56,846 nucleotides of DNA from a virus. The first letter of the stretch is position 1. The number at the start of each line of letters is the position of its first letter. The translations under genes and the position numbers were made by a program. The stretch spans positions 1 to 56,846 of the IMG/VR virus record IMGVR_UViG_3300045988_088058. One strand, written 5' to 3'. The notes beneath the pieces were generated by a model that ran no database searches, was not told the DNA's origin, and saw only the letters and a program-made list of their open reading frames with translations. Positions 19,301 to 28,754 of the stretch are shown here, one piece after another.

Positions 19301-20055
19301 TAGTCACTTCCGTTATTGATAGAGGCAAAGGTCAAAGGTTCCTGACTTCCTTCCTCCTTTTTACCTGTGAGCTTGTAAGCGGTACAAAGGTTACGGGAGT
19401 CCTCTTGTCTCGTCACGTATTTCAAATTCTCCTCAACGACCAACGGAAAATCGACTTTTGACTCCGTGTAGGGTTGTAGAAATACGACTGTTCGAACTAT
19501 TCGAACTTCTTGCTCTAATAGCTCTTCATAGCCGAACGTGATCTCTAAATTGTATTGCTTTGCTAAATAGCGTAGGTGCCATAGCATGGAGTTTTCTTTA
19601 GCCGTAATGCTTCGAACTCTTTTATTAGCTCCGTCTGGTGGACATACTACTTGAACCCATTTACCTGCGTCCTTGATAATGTCCTGCGCTACGGCGCCGA
19701 CGGTAGTAGCTACATGCTTCAAAGGCTTAGGTAATCCTTCAGCGAGTTCATACCATAGAGCGTAGCAAGTGAACTTGGTTAGTCCTTTGGTATCTTCCAC
19801 GTCCTGCGCGTACTTAATACGGAACCAACGTCCTCCAAAACTAATAATATTTTCGACTTTTAAATGCTGGTAGATGGAAGATGTTTCAATACTTTCAAAA
19901 GAAAATACTTCCTTACCTCGCGCACGGGTTACGATTTCATCTTCGTACATCTTACTGAAGATTTCAACGCTGGCGCCAAGTAGATTGTAGTTTTGATCAT
20001 AAACATAAACAATATCGTCCGGGATAGGACTCATTATTAAGCCGTTATCTAACAT
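16390..20055 (-). CDS. Tail tip/antireceptor protein with collagen-like and tandem repeat region
   Basis: 1221 aa, Tal-like N-terminus, GXY repeats, four tandem modules ending LWTKT.WRYTDxTxETGYSV. Confidence 0.88.
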   Translation of the reverse strand: MLDNGLIMSPIPDDIVYVYDQNYNLLGASVEIFSKMYEDEIVTRARGKEVFSFESIETSSIYQHLKVENIISFGGRWFRIKYAQDVEDTKGLTKFTCYALWYELAEGLPKPLKHVATTVGAVAQDIIKDAGKWVQVVCPPDGANKRVRSITAKENSMLWHLRYLAKQYNLEITFGYEELLEQEVRIVRTVVFLQPYTESKVDFPLVVEENLKYVTRQEDSRNLCTAYKLTGKKEEGSQEPLTFASINNGSDYLIDVSWFTARQMRPRYIAKSKSDERFKIKENLMSAARAYLDIYCRPLIGYEASAVLYKKIPDLHHTQLIVDDHYSVIEWRKISSRKIDYDDLSQSVLTFQDPRRDLMDLLNEDGEGVLAGELETESHVVIRYADDILGTNFNAESGKYIGVISTTKHPNELVPDDFTWVKLQGPEGPQGEQGTPGRDGVDGVAGKNGVGIADTSITYAVSVSGTQEPESGWSEQVPELIKGRFLWTKTFWRYTDGAHETGYSVAYIGQDGNTGKDGIAGKDGVGIAATEIMYASSNSATIAPAGGWSTQVPTVPQGHYLWTKTTWRYTDKTTETGYSVSRNGQDGAKGDPGRDGVPGKNGLGLKNTSVMYGISMNDTVQPGSWTSQVPALIKGQYLWTRTIWTYTDNTNETGYQKTYIPRDGNNGRDGIAGKDGVGIKSTTITYAGSTSGTVPPTTNWTSNIPNVQPGFFLWTKTVWTYTDNTNETGYSVSKIGETGPRGLQGLQGPQGLQGIPGPTGRDGRSQYTHIAFSDSPNGEGFSHTDQGRAYIGQYQDFNPEHSKDPAAYRWTKWKGNDGAQGIPGKPGADGKTNYFHIAYASSADGSREFSLEDRNQQYMGYYSDYTQADSTDRTKYKWFDRLANVQVGSQNLLRNTATLPIKDGVSPTWSIRSGGNGTAEVLTLDNYPVPGILKGIRVKNNTNGGNKDLGQNVKLIIGQRYTVSCWARVSSTSEKDTVNLLMRAWTVNDTNRVLFKTIRNKNWVKYSLSFTADTENNGIQFGQNGPGNIEICGMKLELGNVPTDWSLAVEDIQSQLDEKANQKLTDQQLLALTEKTQLHDAELKAKATMEQLSNLEKAYEGRMKANEEAIKKSEADLILAASRIEATIQELGGLRELKKFVDSYMSSSNEGLIIGKNDGSSTIKVSSDRISMFSAGKEVMYLTQGVIHIDNGIFTQSIQVGRFRTEQYSFNPDMNVIRYVG
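17740..18800 (-). repeat. Intragenic repeat region: four ~85-aa modules separated by collagen-like GXY linkers
   Basis: Repeated (L/F)LWT(K/R)T.W.YTD...ETGY and GKDGIAGKDGVGI segments. Confidence 0.9.
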
Positions 20056-20067
20056 GAAATCTCCTTT

Positions 20068-20907
20068 CTAATAGTAAGACGGATTGAGGAACATCTCTAC
20101 CGTTACCGGCAAAGTCGTCGTCCATGCTGCCGTATCGTTTGCGCGATACTGAATTTTAATTGTAGCTTCACCAGTAGGTACTTTGAAAAAAGCTCCTCGT
20201 TTGATATACCTAAAGATATTTGTAGCTTGCTGACTCGCGCTGATTTTAATTAGTTCAAAAGTTCCTAAGTTCAACATGACAATTGAGCCGGCTTCCATTA
20301 GTACCGAGTTAGTCCCGAACTCTACAAACTGTCCTGAACTTTTTTCCTCGATACGGAAGTATCCGTTCAATTGATTTGCTGCTCGTAGCTCTAATCGAAC
20401 TTGACGAGTGGGACGTCCAGGGTTAGGAAGTTTATCTCCTCCATCAGCTGCTTTAAAAGTGTAAGGTTTTCGAATGACTGAATTAGTGTACTCGTAACCA
20501 TCTTTGAACTGAATCGAAATTTTGACAATCAAAGTCGCCTCACCTAAAACAGGAACTTCTGTCAGGGAACCATGTTCGTGTTCTCCTAAAAATTTACCGA
20601 ATCGATAAAAGTTAGGATCCTCTTTAGTGGACAACTTCCAAAATGATTTCGATCTAATGAACTGTTTAAACTCGCGATATTTTGCGTTTACTTGTTTTTC
20701 CGATACGCCTTTGAACATTACAGTGACGCTCCCTGTTAGGCCGGATAGAGCAGTAGACGGAGAATCTAATACTCCGTCTATCCCCTCTGGGTTTTTGAAC
20801 CCTGAATCCTTAAATCCTGCCAAGGTAAGTCCTGTATAGTCCAGCACGGTCGCTCCTTTAGTAGATAAGTCAATGCCATCTGCTAATAGCGTCTGTCTGT
20901 TAGCCAT
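20068..20907 (-). CDS. Distal tail (Dit-like) protein
   Basis: 279 aa between tape measure and tail tip; Dit-like layout. Confidence 0.75.
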   Translation of the reverse strand: MANRQTLLADGIDLSTKGATVLDYTGLTLAGFKDSGFKNPEGIDGVLDSPSTALSGLTGSVTVMFKGVSEKQVNAKYREFKQFIRSKSFWKLSTKEDPNFYRFGKFLGEHEHGSLTEVPVLGEATLIVKISIQFKDGYEYTNSVIRKPYTFKAADGGDKLPNPGRPTRQVRLELRAANQLNGYFRIEEKSSGQFVEFGTNSVLMEAGSIVMLNLGTFELIKISASQQATNIFRYIKRGAFFKVPTGEATIKIQYRANDTAAWTTTLPVTVEMFLNPSYY

Positions 20908-20917
20908 ACTAGCCTCC

Positions 20918-23900
20918 TTATGGTGTTACAATGTTACCAAACCCTGATAGAGTTTCTTTACTTTTATTATACAGTCCTCTTGAGAGTTTGTCAACGTCAT
21001 CATTGTTTCGAACTACGATTGTTCCAATAGTGATTGAGGTGTGATCCTTACCTCCTGAAGCTCCGCTTCCTTGAGGTTTGTCTGGATCCTTGTCCTTGTT
21101 ACCGTATAGGTCTACCTCTGGCGTTCTAATAGCGTCTAATACCTTACCGAATCCAGGTTTTGGAAGTTCGTCCGGCATTTCATCTACAATTTGTTCGAAA
21201 ACGTCTTTGACCTTTTGAACCACTCCATTTTCCTGGATGTTCATCTTCACATTGCTTAGAGCGTCCGTAACGGTTGAAGCCATTTCAATAGCTTTGTCAC
21301 GTGTCGTTCTAATCATGTTACCGATACCATTTACGAAACCTTGTCCAGTATATACCCCCATTTTTTCCATCACACGAGATGGTGAGTGGATACCTAGGAA
21401 GCCTTTGACAGCGTTCAATGCACTTTTAGCCATGTTAGCCGCAGCGTTTACGGCCGAGCTTACCATCGAACCGATACCGTTGATGAATCCTCGAACCAAG
21501 TTGACCCCGGCGCTTACCATTTGTCCAGCGAATCCAGTGATACGCGAGATCATGGAGCTACCCATTGAACCAATCTTACCTACTACGGAACCGATCATAG
21601 AACCGATACCACTAATAAGGTTTCGAATTAAGTTCGCTCCACCTGATAGCATTTGACCTAAGAAGCTAGCGATCTTACTTACCACTTGACCCATCATAGA
21701 GGCGATTGTGGAGACGAGTGACCCTAGTAGGGAGGCGATACCTTGGATCAGTGCTTGTAGCAACTGAACCCCTGCTTGAAGAAGTTTAGGAACATAGTCT
21801 ACAATGGCTTTGAGTAACGCCATCATAATTTGAATCGCTCCAGCAATAAGTTGAGGAATCACTTGAATAAGTCCTTGAATCAATGCTAGTAGCAACTTAA
21901 CTCCAGCCTCTAATAATTGAGGAAGGTTTGATAAGATTGAAGTTAGTAGCGTCGTAATAATTTCAATCGCTGTTACAATGAGTTGAGGAATCATTTGAAT
22001 CAATCCTTGAATTAGTGCCATTAGGATTTGAACCCCTGCCTCTAATATTGGACCGATATTCTCAATTAGAGCGTTCACTAGACCTATGATGATCTGTAGG
22101 GCTGCTTCTAGAATCATTGGTAAGGCTTGAATAAGTCCTTGAACTAAACCTGTAATGATTTGTAGAGCCGCCTCTATGATAGCAGGTAGAGCCTGCACCA
22201 GACCTTGGATAAGGGCTTGAATAATCTGTATAGCTGCTCCGATGATTGTAGGTAGAGCCTGAATGAGCCCGTTAAATAGCGCCATAATAATCTGTAACGC
22301 GGCCTGAATAATTGTAGGTAGGGCTTGAGCAATACCGTTTATCAAAGCCGTTAAGATTTGAACTCCTGCCTGAATAATAGTAGGTAGGATAGTCGATAGC
22401 GTATTCACTAGCGTTTCAATTACCTGAGAAATAACTGAGACAACTCCTGGAATAGCATTAGCCATACCTTCAATGAGCTTGATTAGTATCTCAGTTCCTT
22501 TTTGAACAAATATAGGTAGGTATTGGTTAATCGCATCCGCTGCACCTTGAATGGTACTTGAAAGATTATCAAATACTTGAGTGATTCCGTCAGCGTTCAA
22601 TTGACCTGTACGAGCCCACGCAGATAGGAAGGAGACTACAAGACTAATGACAAACCCTAGCGGTCCAGTGATACCTAAGAACGCAAGTCCTACCTTAGTT
22701 AGAACAGACACGGCGATTGACATGACTCCTCCGACCTTGCCGAATGCTCCTCCTAACCTCTCTAGGCCATTGCTAATGAAAGAGCCTATCGAAGATCCTG
22801 CTTGTCCGATGTTGATTCCGAATTGTTGTAAGACGTTAGCTATTTTCGAACTAATAGCTGATCCGAACTCTTTAGCCTTATCAGCCGCCTTCTGCATCCA
22901 CTCCCAAAGGACTTTCAGCTTTTCAGCTGTCCATTCAACCGCAATTCCTAGCCCTTTCTTAATCGCCGGAGCTAAAGCATTGATAAAGTTCCGGAACGTC
23001 TCTGACTTAGTATAAGCTATCATAAAGACCGCGACGAGAGCGTAGAATGCGGCTATCACCAGGGCTATTGTTCCCATGGTACCCATAAAGGCAGGACCTA
23101 AGAACTGCATGGCGATTCGAAGTTTAACCATGGTAGTCATCACCGTACCTGCTATTAGCAGTAGCGGACCAAGTGCTGCTACCATTCCAGCGAAGATGAC
23201 TACCATCTTTTGACCTACTGGTGACATATTGAGGAAGGCTTCAATCATTTTAGTGATGCCGCCTACAACCTTAGCCAAGGCTGGTTCTAAAATTTGCTGA
23301 ATGACGATTGCAGCAGATTCGAACGCTCCTCCCATTTGCTCAATCTTACTAGCAAGGTTATCTTGCATAGTCTCTGCCATTTCTTTAGCAGCTCCGTCGG
23401 AGTTGATTAAAGCGTTGGTCATTTTATCTAACTTTTCAGGCCCTGCGTCTAATAGTGCAAGCATACCTGATAGAGAGTTTTGACCGTACAAGGTTACCAG
23501 GTGTCGGTTTTTCTCTTCTTGAGTAAGTCCAGCGGTAGCCGTTTTCAACTGAGCAAGTTGATCTTTAAGTGGAATCATCTTACCGTTCGCGTCGTAGAAT
23601 GATACACCTAATTCATCCATAGATTTAACCATGGCCTTAGTAGGTTTAGCTATACGCGAGAGAGCTCCTCTAAGCGTGGTTCCGGCTTGTGAGCCCTTAA
23701 TACCGGCGTCGGCCATAATACCAATAGATGCAGCCGTTTCTTCTAGGCTCAAGCCCATTGAGTGAGCAACTGGAGCGACATATTTCATCGCCTCTGCCAT
23801 GTCACTTGTCTCAGCGTTAGTGTCTGCAGCTGCTCGAGCGAATACGTCAGCAACGTGTCCAGCTTTTCCTGCTTCTAGTCCGAACGCACGAAGTGAGCTA

Positions 23901-24367
23901 GCCATAGCTTCAGAACTTGCGGCTACATCTCCTCCTGAAACGGCAGCGAGGTCAAGTACCCCTGGCATGGCGTCCATGATTTCATTTACCCCGAAACCTG
24001 CTGAAGCGAGATTTTCCATACCTTGAGCAGCCTCTTTAGCACTGAAGGCCGTTTTCGCTCCAAGGTCAATCGCTTGACGCTTCATTTGATCCAACTCACC
24101 GCCAGTAGCACCTGCGATAGCTTGAACACGAGACATTTGAGCTTGGAACTCATTCCCTACCTTAATGGAAGTTGCAGCTATACCTAAAAGAGGTAACGTT
24201 ACGGCGGTAGATAATACCTTACCCATGCCTGTCAACGCTGAACCAATTTGGAAGGATTTGGACGTCTCAACTGCTAGTCGTTGAGCTTGGTTCTGTGCCA
24301 AGTTCAGTTGATTAGTAAAATTGGAAATGTCTAGCGTCATTTTAGCTGCTATTGATCCAAAATCCAT
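20918..24367 (-). CDS. Tail tape measure protein
   Basis: 1149 aa, QMSRVQAIAGATGGELDQMKRQAIDLGAKTAFSAKEAAQGMENLASAGF motif; Ala/Gly hydrophobic repeats. Confidence 0.96.
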   Translation of the reverse strand: MDFGSIAAKMTLDISNFTNQLNLAQNQAQRLAVETSKSFQIGSALTGMGKVLSTAVTLPLLGIAATSIKVGNEFQAQMSRVQAIAGATGGELDQMKRQAIDLGAKTAFSAKEAAQGMENLASAGFGVNEIMDAMPGVLDLAAVSGGDVAASSEAMASSLRAFGLEAGKAGHVADVFARAAADTNAETSDMAEAMKYVAPVAHSMGLSLEETAASIGIMADAGIKGSQAGTTLRGALSRIAKPTKAMVKSMDELGVSFYDANGKMIPLKDQLAQLKTATAGLTQEEKNRHLVTLYGQNSLSGMLALLDAGPEKLDKMTNALINSDGAAKEMAETMQDNLASKIEQMGGAFESAAIVIQQILEPALAKVVGGITKMIEAFLNMSPVGQKMVVIFAGMVAALGPLLLIAGTVMTTMVKLRIAMQFLGPAFMGTMGTIALVIAAFYALVAVFMIAYTKSETFRNFINALAPAIKKGLGIAVEWTAEKLKVLWEWMQKAADKAKEFGSAISSKIANVLQQFGINIGQAGSSIGSFISNGLERLGGAFGKVGGVMSIAVSVLTKVGLAFLGITGPLGFVISLVVSFLSAWARTGQLNADGITQVFDNLSSTIQGAADAINQYLPIFVQKGTEILIKLIEGMANAIPGVVSVISQVIETLVNTLSTILPTIIQAGVQILTALINGIAQALPTIIQAALQIIMALFNGLIQALPTIIGAAIQIIQALIQGLVQALPAIIEAALQIITGLVQGLIQALPMILEAALQIIIGLVNALIENIGPILEAGVQILMALIQGLIQMIPQLIVTAIEIITTLLTSILSNLPQLLEAGVKLLLALIQGLIQVIPQLIAGAIQIMMALLKAIVDYVPKLLQAGVQLLQALIQGIASLLGSLVSTIASMMGQVVSKIASFLGQMLSGGANLIRNLISGIGSMIGSVVGKIGSMGSSMISRITGFAGQMVSAGVNLVRGFINGIGSMVSSAVNAAANMAKSALNAVKGFLGIHSPSRVMEKMGVYTGQGFVNGIGNMIRTTRDKAIEMASTVTDALSNVKMNIQENGVVQKVKDVFEQIVDEMPDELPKPGFGKVLDAIRTPEVDLYGNKDKDPDKPQGSGASGGKDHTSITIGTIVVRNNDDVDKLSRGLYNKSKETLSGFGNIVTP
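21700..22480 (-). repeat. Tandem amphipathic repeats inside the tape measure gene
   Basis: Successive (L)IQAALQII.ALxxGLIQALPxII repeats. Confidence 0.85.
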
Positions 24368-24411
24368 ATATCTTCCTTTCTATTCAATAAAAATAGGAGC
24401 GACTAAATAAG

Positions 24412-24606
24412 TCACTCCATTAGCATTTGCAAACCTGGATTCTTTTTCTCGTCTCCAGGGTACCTAGGAGTCTTATCGTCCGCGATGTAACGAATGTAAG
24501 CGACTGCCGCAGTATCGAAGCAATAGCGTCCAATTTCTGTGGTCAGTCCTACGACATCACTAGGTCTAATATGAAATTCAGTAGCGACTGCTATGACATT
24601 AGACAT
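24412..24606 (-). CDS. Tail assembly chaperone, second ORF
   Basis: 64 aa ORF overlapping the upstream ORF just before the tape measure gene. Confidence 0.65.
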   Translation of the reverse strand: MSNVIAVATEFHIRPSDVVGLTTEIGRYCFDTAAVAYIRYIADDKTPRYPGDEKKNPGLQMLME

Positions 24607-25057
24607 TTCCTTCGTTTGAACGAAAGGACTCCGCCGAAGCTACCTCACCGTACATGGCGCTGAAGATCGTCATCAACTGATCATCTGTCATATACTCCCC
24701 GATTTCTGCGTAAGTAGGTTGAACCAACGCAGCTTCCGCAAAGACACGCAATAACTCGGCCATGTCCTGCAAGCCTGAATCACTTTTGTTCAGTTTTTCC
24801 AAGGCTTTACGTTTTTGGTCATCCGTAATCGCGTTCATTGAAAGGTCGTCTTTAACGACTTCTTGAGTTTCCCCAAAAAGTTCAGTGACCTTACCTAAAA
24901 GGGTATTAGGAATACGACCGTTCGCGATCAAGTTCATTACCCCAGCCGAGCGAATTTGAACATAAATTGGCTCGGCGCCTTTTCCAAAACCTGGAAGAGG
25001 GATAACTTGAAATGATTTTTGACGAAATTGTTCAGCGGTGATAATGTTGTTATTCAT
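24599..25057 (-). CDS. Tail assembly chaperone, first ORF
   Basis: 152 aa between major tail protein and tape measure. Confidence 0.75.
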   Translation of the reverse strand: MNNNIITAEQFRQKSFQVIPLPGFGKGAEPIYVQIRSAGVMNLIANGRIPNTLLGKVTELFGETQEVVKDDLSMNAITDDQKRKALEKLNKSDSGLQDMAELLRVFAEAALVQPTYAEIGEYMTDDQLMTIFSAMYGEVASAESFRSNEGNV

Positions 25058-25075
25058 AGCAGTACCTTTCTAAAT

Positions 25076-25858
25076 TTATGCGTATTGTGCGACAAGTGTA
25101 ATATCGCGGTCAGGCATAACACTTGTATCGAAGTTCCACATAGTGGTTTCACCTAGGACTTTCCAGCCTTTGAAGACCTTACCGTCTGTGCGTGTAGGAT
25201 CTGCTGGTTTAGGTGTTACCTTTTTACCGACTTCTACTTTGACAGAGTTAGCCGTTCCGTTACCGCCAGCTAAATCATACTTCACATTGCGAAGGATAGC
25301 AGGGAGTGTAGGAACGTAGTCCATTGACTTAACAGGAAGTCCAGCTTTGGTAGCCTCGCGGGCTTTGATTTTGAACTCAGGTGCATAGAACTCTTTACCA
25401 ATGTTGAGTCCTGGAGCGCTACCAGTACAGTTGTTCAAAGTGATTTTGACGTAGTTGACGATTGAGTCCCCTACATAGTTAGGCACATAAATATTCATCC
25501 TAAATGGCTTCATATTTGTTGCGCCTTGTGCAAGCATCGGTGAGTCATATCCGGCGATAGCTTCGTTCACTTTGCGAACAGTACCCCCTTCAATGAGCGC
25601 CATAATTTCAGGGTCAAACGTGTTGTCCTTGAATGTTAGGTCGTAACCATACAAAAGGTCTGGAGTACGCACGATCGCAAGAATACGAGTATCATTGCGC
25701 TTGATGTCTTCCGTACCTTCCGAGGTTACTGACTCAAGTTCCGCAGTTTCAGCGGTGTCGACTGTAAACTTAGATCCACCAACTTTTGGTAGTTGAGTGA
25801 GTGGGTCAAGTTCTTCGATTTCGACAAACTTAATTCCGTAAAGAATATCCTTACTCAT
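25076..25858 (-). CDS. Major tail protein with C-terminal InlB B-repeat-like domain
   Basis: MTP-like core; C-terminus VEVGKKVTPKPADPTRTDGKVFKGWKV...WNFDTSVMPDRDITLVAQYA. Confidence 0.85.
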   Translation of the reverse strand: MSKDILYGIKFVEIEELDPLTQLPKVGGSKFTVDTAETAELESVTSEGTEDIKRNDTRILAIVRTPDLLYGYDLTFKDNTFDPEIMALIEGGTVRKVNEAIAGYDSPMLAQGATNMKPFRMNIYVPNYVGDSIVNYVKITLNNCTGSAPGLNIGKEFYAPEFKIKAREATKAGLPVKSMDYVPTLPAILRNVKYDLAGGNGTANSVKVEVGKKVTPKPADPTRTDGKVFKGWKVLGETTMWNFDTSVMPDRDITLVAQYA

Positions 25859-26245
25859 TTATAGATTTCCTCCTTGTGGTATTCTATATTCGATTTCTAG
25901 TCTATAACGAGATAACATCGTGTCGAAGTAGTCCCCTGTCTCGGAGTAGGTTACCTCGTAACCCATGTCCTTGATCAGTTGTCGAACTCTTTGACCGTAG
26001 TCATCTATCCCTATAATTGAATTAGAGTGGACGTAGATTTGAACCTTCCAGTATGCAAAACTTCCTAGGCGATTTGTAGCACTAGGCATTCGATGACTGA
26101 ACCTAAGTACGATATAATCATCCGGACGGTCTAATTCATCCTCCGTTTCGCCGAACTGAAGTCCGGGAAGCATTGGCGTAGGAGACAGTTGGTAAGTTGG
26201 TAGTATCTCCTTTAGTCTGTCCATCATTGAAGTACGTTTTGTCAT
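25859..26245 (-). CDS. Tail terminator/completion protein
   Basis: Position in the head-tail module, 128 aa. Confidence 0.65.
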   Translation of the reverse strand: MTKRTSMMDRLKEILPTYQLSPTPMLPGLQFGETEDELDRPDDYIVLRFSHRMPSATNRLGSFAYWKVQIYVHSNSIIGIDDYGQRVRQLIKDMGYEVTYSETGDYFDTMLSRYRLEIEYRIPQGGNL

Positions 26246-26254
26246 TCCATCCTC

Positions 26255-26602
26255 CTAGCTTACTAATCGTCTTAGAGCCCTAAACAATTCTTCCACATTG
26301 TCCTCTATAGACTGTTCTAGTATCTTATACTTGCGCCCGTGCGCTAGTTCCAACCAAAAGCCGTAGCTCATATGGTGTGATACTGCGATCATAATTTGAT
26401 CCTTACTGACCCATGCGGCTTCCCCTTTCAGTTTTTGCCGGGCGTTACCAGTACGGTCCGTCCAAATCGCGTTAGACTTAGCGTAAGCCTCCATTTTAGT
26501 AGAAGCTATCTCACAGATTAGTAAAACGGATACAAGGAACTTGCTTCGGTATTGCTCACAGGACTGAACGAACTCACTAGGATCCCATACAAGATCAGCC
26601 AT
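26255..26602 (-). CDS. HK97 gp10-like head-tail protein
   Basis: MEAYAKSNAIWTDRTGNARQKL...MSYGFWLELAHGRKYKIL. Confidence 0.75.
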   Translation of the reverse strand: MADLVWDPSEFVQSCEQYRSKFLVSVLLICEIASTKMEAYAKSNAIWTDRTGNARQKLKGEAAWVSKDQIMIAVSHHMSYGFWLELAHGRKYKILEQSIEDNVEELFRALRRLVS

Positions 26603-26994
26603 TAGTCCTTTACCTCCAATTTCAGTTCAACTACGATATTTTGCTCTAAAATATTATGGACTTCAACTACTCGATACCGTCTACCTGATTGAATAATCGT
26701 AACGGTATCACTAGGAACAATGTTCGAACCTCCGTCATTATACATGATGAAGATTCTAATCCCATTTTGAGCAAAAATTCTACCAGCGTCCGTAGCATTG
26801 GACAGTAGGTCAGGTCCGGTTGAATTGTCGAATAGACAAGTGGCGTTTTCTAATACGATTTCCTTTGATTTGTCTCGTTTCTTACCACCGTAACCGTCAC
26901 TGACCCAGCTATCCCTTGTTACTTTTATCTTAGTAGGTGCAGTCTCAATAGCTCGACGAACTTGTTCTTCGACATAATTGTAGTCATAAGTCAT
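26602..26994 (-). CDS. Head closure/stopper protein
   Basis: Position; 130 aa with minor capsid-like features. Confidence 0.6.
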   Translation of the reverse strand: MTYDYNYVEEQVRRAIETAPTKIKVTRDSWVSDGYGGKKRDKSKEIVLENATCLFDNSTGPDLLSNATDAGRIFAQNGIRIFIMYNDGGSNIVPSDTVTIIQSGRRYRVVEVHNILEQNIVVELKLEVKD

Positions 26995-27308
26995 GTTCCG
27001 TCCGCCCTTTTCATTAAAATAGTAGACCCTGTACTAGCTGAAAGGTCTTGCTCTTGTTGCTCTGCTTTATACTCATCATAGAAGAACCGAGCCATGTTCT
27101 TCCAGTATTCGGCGTCACCTTTCAAAGTAATAGGTCCAAGAGTCACAGCGTCATTGCGCGTTTTAAGAAGACATAATTTATAGCTTACATACGCAACTGA
27201 CTTGTGACGATCTAAAAGAGCGGAGATGTACGTTTCCGGATATGGATTAGGGGATTGAGTGTTCCCTATATTCTCCATAACCAAGTCAATATCCGCTTTT
27301 TCTGCCAT
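26991..27308 (-). CDS. Head-tail adaptor
   Basis: 105 aa, position in the module. Confidence 0.55.
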   Translation of the reverse strand: MAEKADIDLVMENIGNTQSPNPYPETYISALLDRHKSVAYVSYKLCLLKTRNDAVTLGPITLKGDAEYWKNMARFFYDEYKAEQQEQDLSASTGSTILMKRADGT

Positions 27309-27309
27309 G

Positions 27310-27639
27310 TTACTCTCCTAGTTCGTAGTCAATAAGTGCGTCGATATATTCACTCTTGCGAGTAAGTCCAGTTAGGTCAATACCGTTAGCCTGCGCCAGT
27401 TCAGCGAGTTGAGGGACAGTCATTGCGGCATACTCTTGTCGCATTTTTTCAACTTCGTCCTCGTCATCTAAAACTGAACTATCTTTAGTGACGTCCGTAC
27501 CTTCGGCTTCCTTCAGTTCAAAAGCCAAACCACTTTCGACAAGGGAAGCAGCAAGCGCATCAGGGCAGTGAAATACTGAACCCGTATGCGCTACACTTCC
27601 GGAGACAATCAACGTACTCAGTGCTTTTAGTGTAGCCAT
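27310..27639 (-). CDS. Small head protein with SAP/Rho-N-like C-terminus
   Basis: MTVPQLAELAQANGIDLTGLTRKSEYIDALI. Confidence 0.6.
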   Translation of the reverse strand: MATLKALSTLIVSGSVAHTGSVFHCPDALAASLVESGLAFELKEAEGTDVTKDSSVLDDEDEVEKMRQEYAAMTVPQLAELAQANGIDLTGLTRKSEYIDALIDYELGE

Positions 27640-27655
27640 AAATTACCTCCTAAAA

Positions 27656-28741
27656 TTAGCCTTCGTTGGTTTTGATAACTCCAACATAGTCGATTCCTTC
27701 GAATGATGGAATCATTACCGCAGAAACAACGGTCACCACGTTCACTGGATGTTTTTCCATGTAAGTAGTGACGGTAGGTCCACCTGAAAGAACTTGAACC
27801 TGCGCATCTGTTCCACCTGATGCCAAGTCGAACGCTTCAGGAGTAGTTCCGTACCAAGTGTGACCAACTGGGTCTGGTGGAAGTAGGACAACGATGTTAT
27901 CGTCAATCAAGTTGAACTGACGAATGTTACCTGAGTCAGGAAGTTTGTCAGCGTCAGCGAATTGAGCAATTTTCTTAGAGTACACAGCAATTTGAAGTTG
28001 AGTCTTCTCAGCAATGAATTTTTCAGCGTCAGCTGCTAATAGCATGAAGTTTTCCCATGACCCTTGAACACCAATTGCAAGAGCTTTCTTAATAGAGTCA
28101 CTCTTCGTCATGTTGTTGTAAGTGTTACGGTTCATAATCATACGAGTAGGTCGAACCCCTGTACGATTTTCCATGTCGTCCATAGCCGCCAAAATGTCCG
28201 CGATAGGGTCTGAGGTAGTACGGTCAGTCCATTTCTTCGCTGCGGTGTATTGTTGTTTAGCATCCATATTATAATCATATGTATATTGAGCTTCACTGTT
28301 GGTAGATTTAACTGTGAATTTACCGTACTGAAGCAACTGCATCCGCATGTATTCAGCTTGCGCTTCTACACCGTCGACAAGGTTTTTAGTGTCATTGTAT
28401 AGCTGAGTGATGATTGGTTGAGCCATTCCTTGGCTTTGAGCCAATAACAATTGAAGTTGCTGGCGGTCTTTTTCACCCAAGCGCATTGATTCACGGAAGA
28501 ACGCCATTTCAGTAGCTTGTTTGCTAAATCCAGCACGTTCACGGATGCTAGCCTTAGCATCGTAGTTCGATGGTTGAATCGTTACTGGAAGGTTATTAGC
28601 ACCTTTTAGCCAAGAGATGTCCGTCCCTGCTTGTTGCGCATTAGGGAAAAGTGAAGGACCAAGGTATGGAAGAGCGTTCGAAGGTAGCGCTTGGATGTAA
28701 GCAGCGACCTCACTAGCATTTAGGTAATCATAAATATTCAT
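27656..28741 (-). CDS. Major capsid protein
   Basis: 361 aa, downstream of scaffold/decoration genes; capsid E-like features. Confidence 0.85.
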   Translation of the reverse strand: MNIYDYLNASEVAAYIQALPSNALPYLGPSLFPNAQQAGTDISWLKGANNLPVTIQPSNYDAKASIRERAGFSKQATEMAFFRESMRLGEKDRQQLQLLLAQSQGMAQPIITQLYNDTKNLVDGVEAQAEYMRMQLLQYGKFTVKSTNSEAQYTYDYNMDAKQQYTAAKKWTDRTTSDPIADILAAMDDMENRTGVRPTRMIMNRNTYNNMTKSDSIKKALAIGVQGSWENFMLLAADAEKFIAEKTQLQIAVYSKKIAQFADADKLPDSGNIRQFNLIDDNIVVLLPPDPVGHTWYGTTPEAFDLASGGTDAQVQVLSGGPTVTTYMEKHPVNVVTVVSAVMIPSFEGIDYVGVIKTNEG

Positions 28742-28754
28742 CTAATACTTCCTC

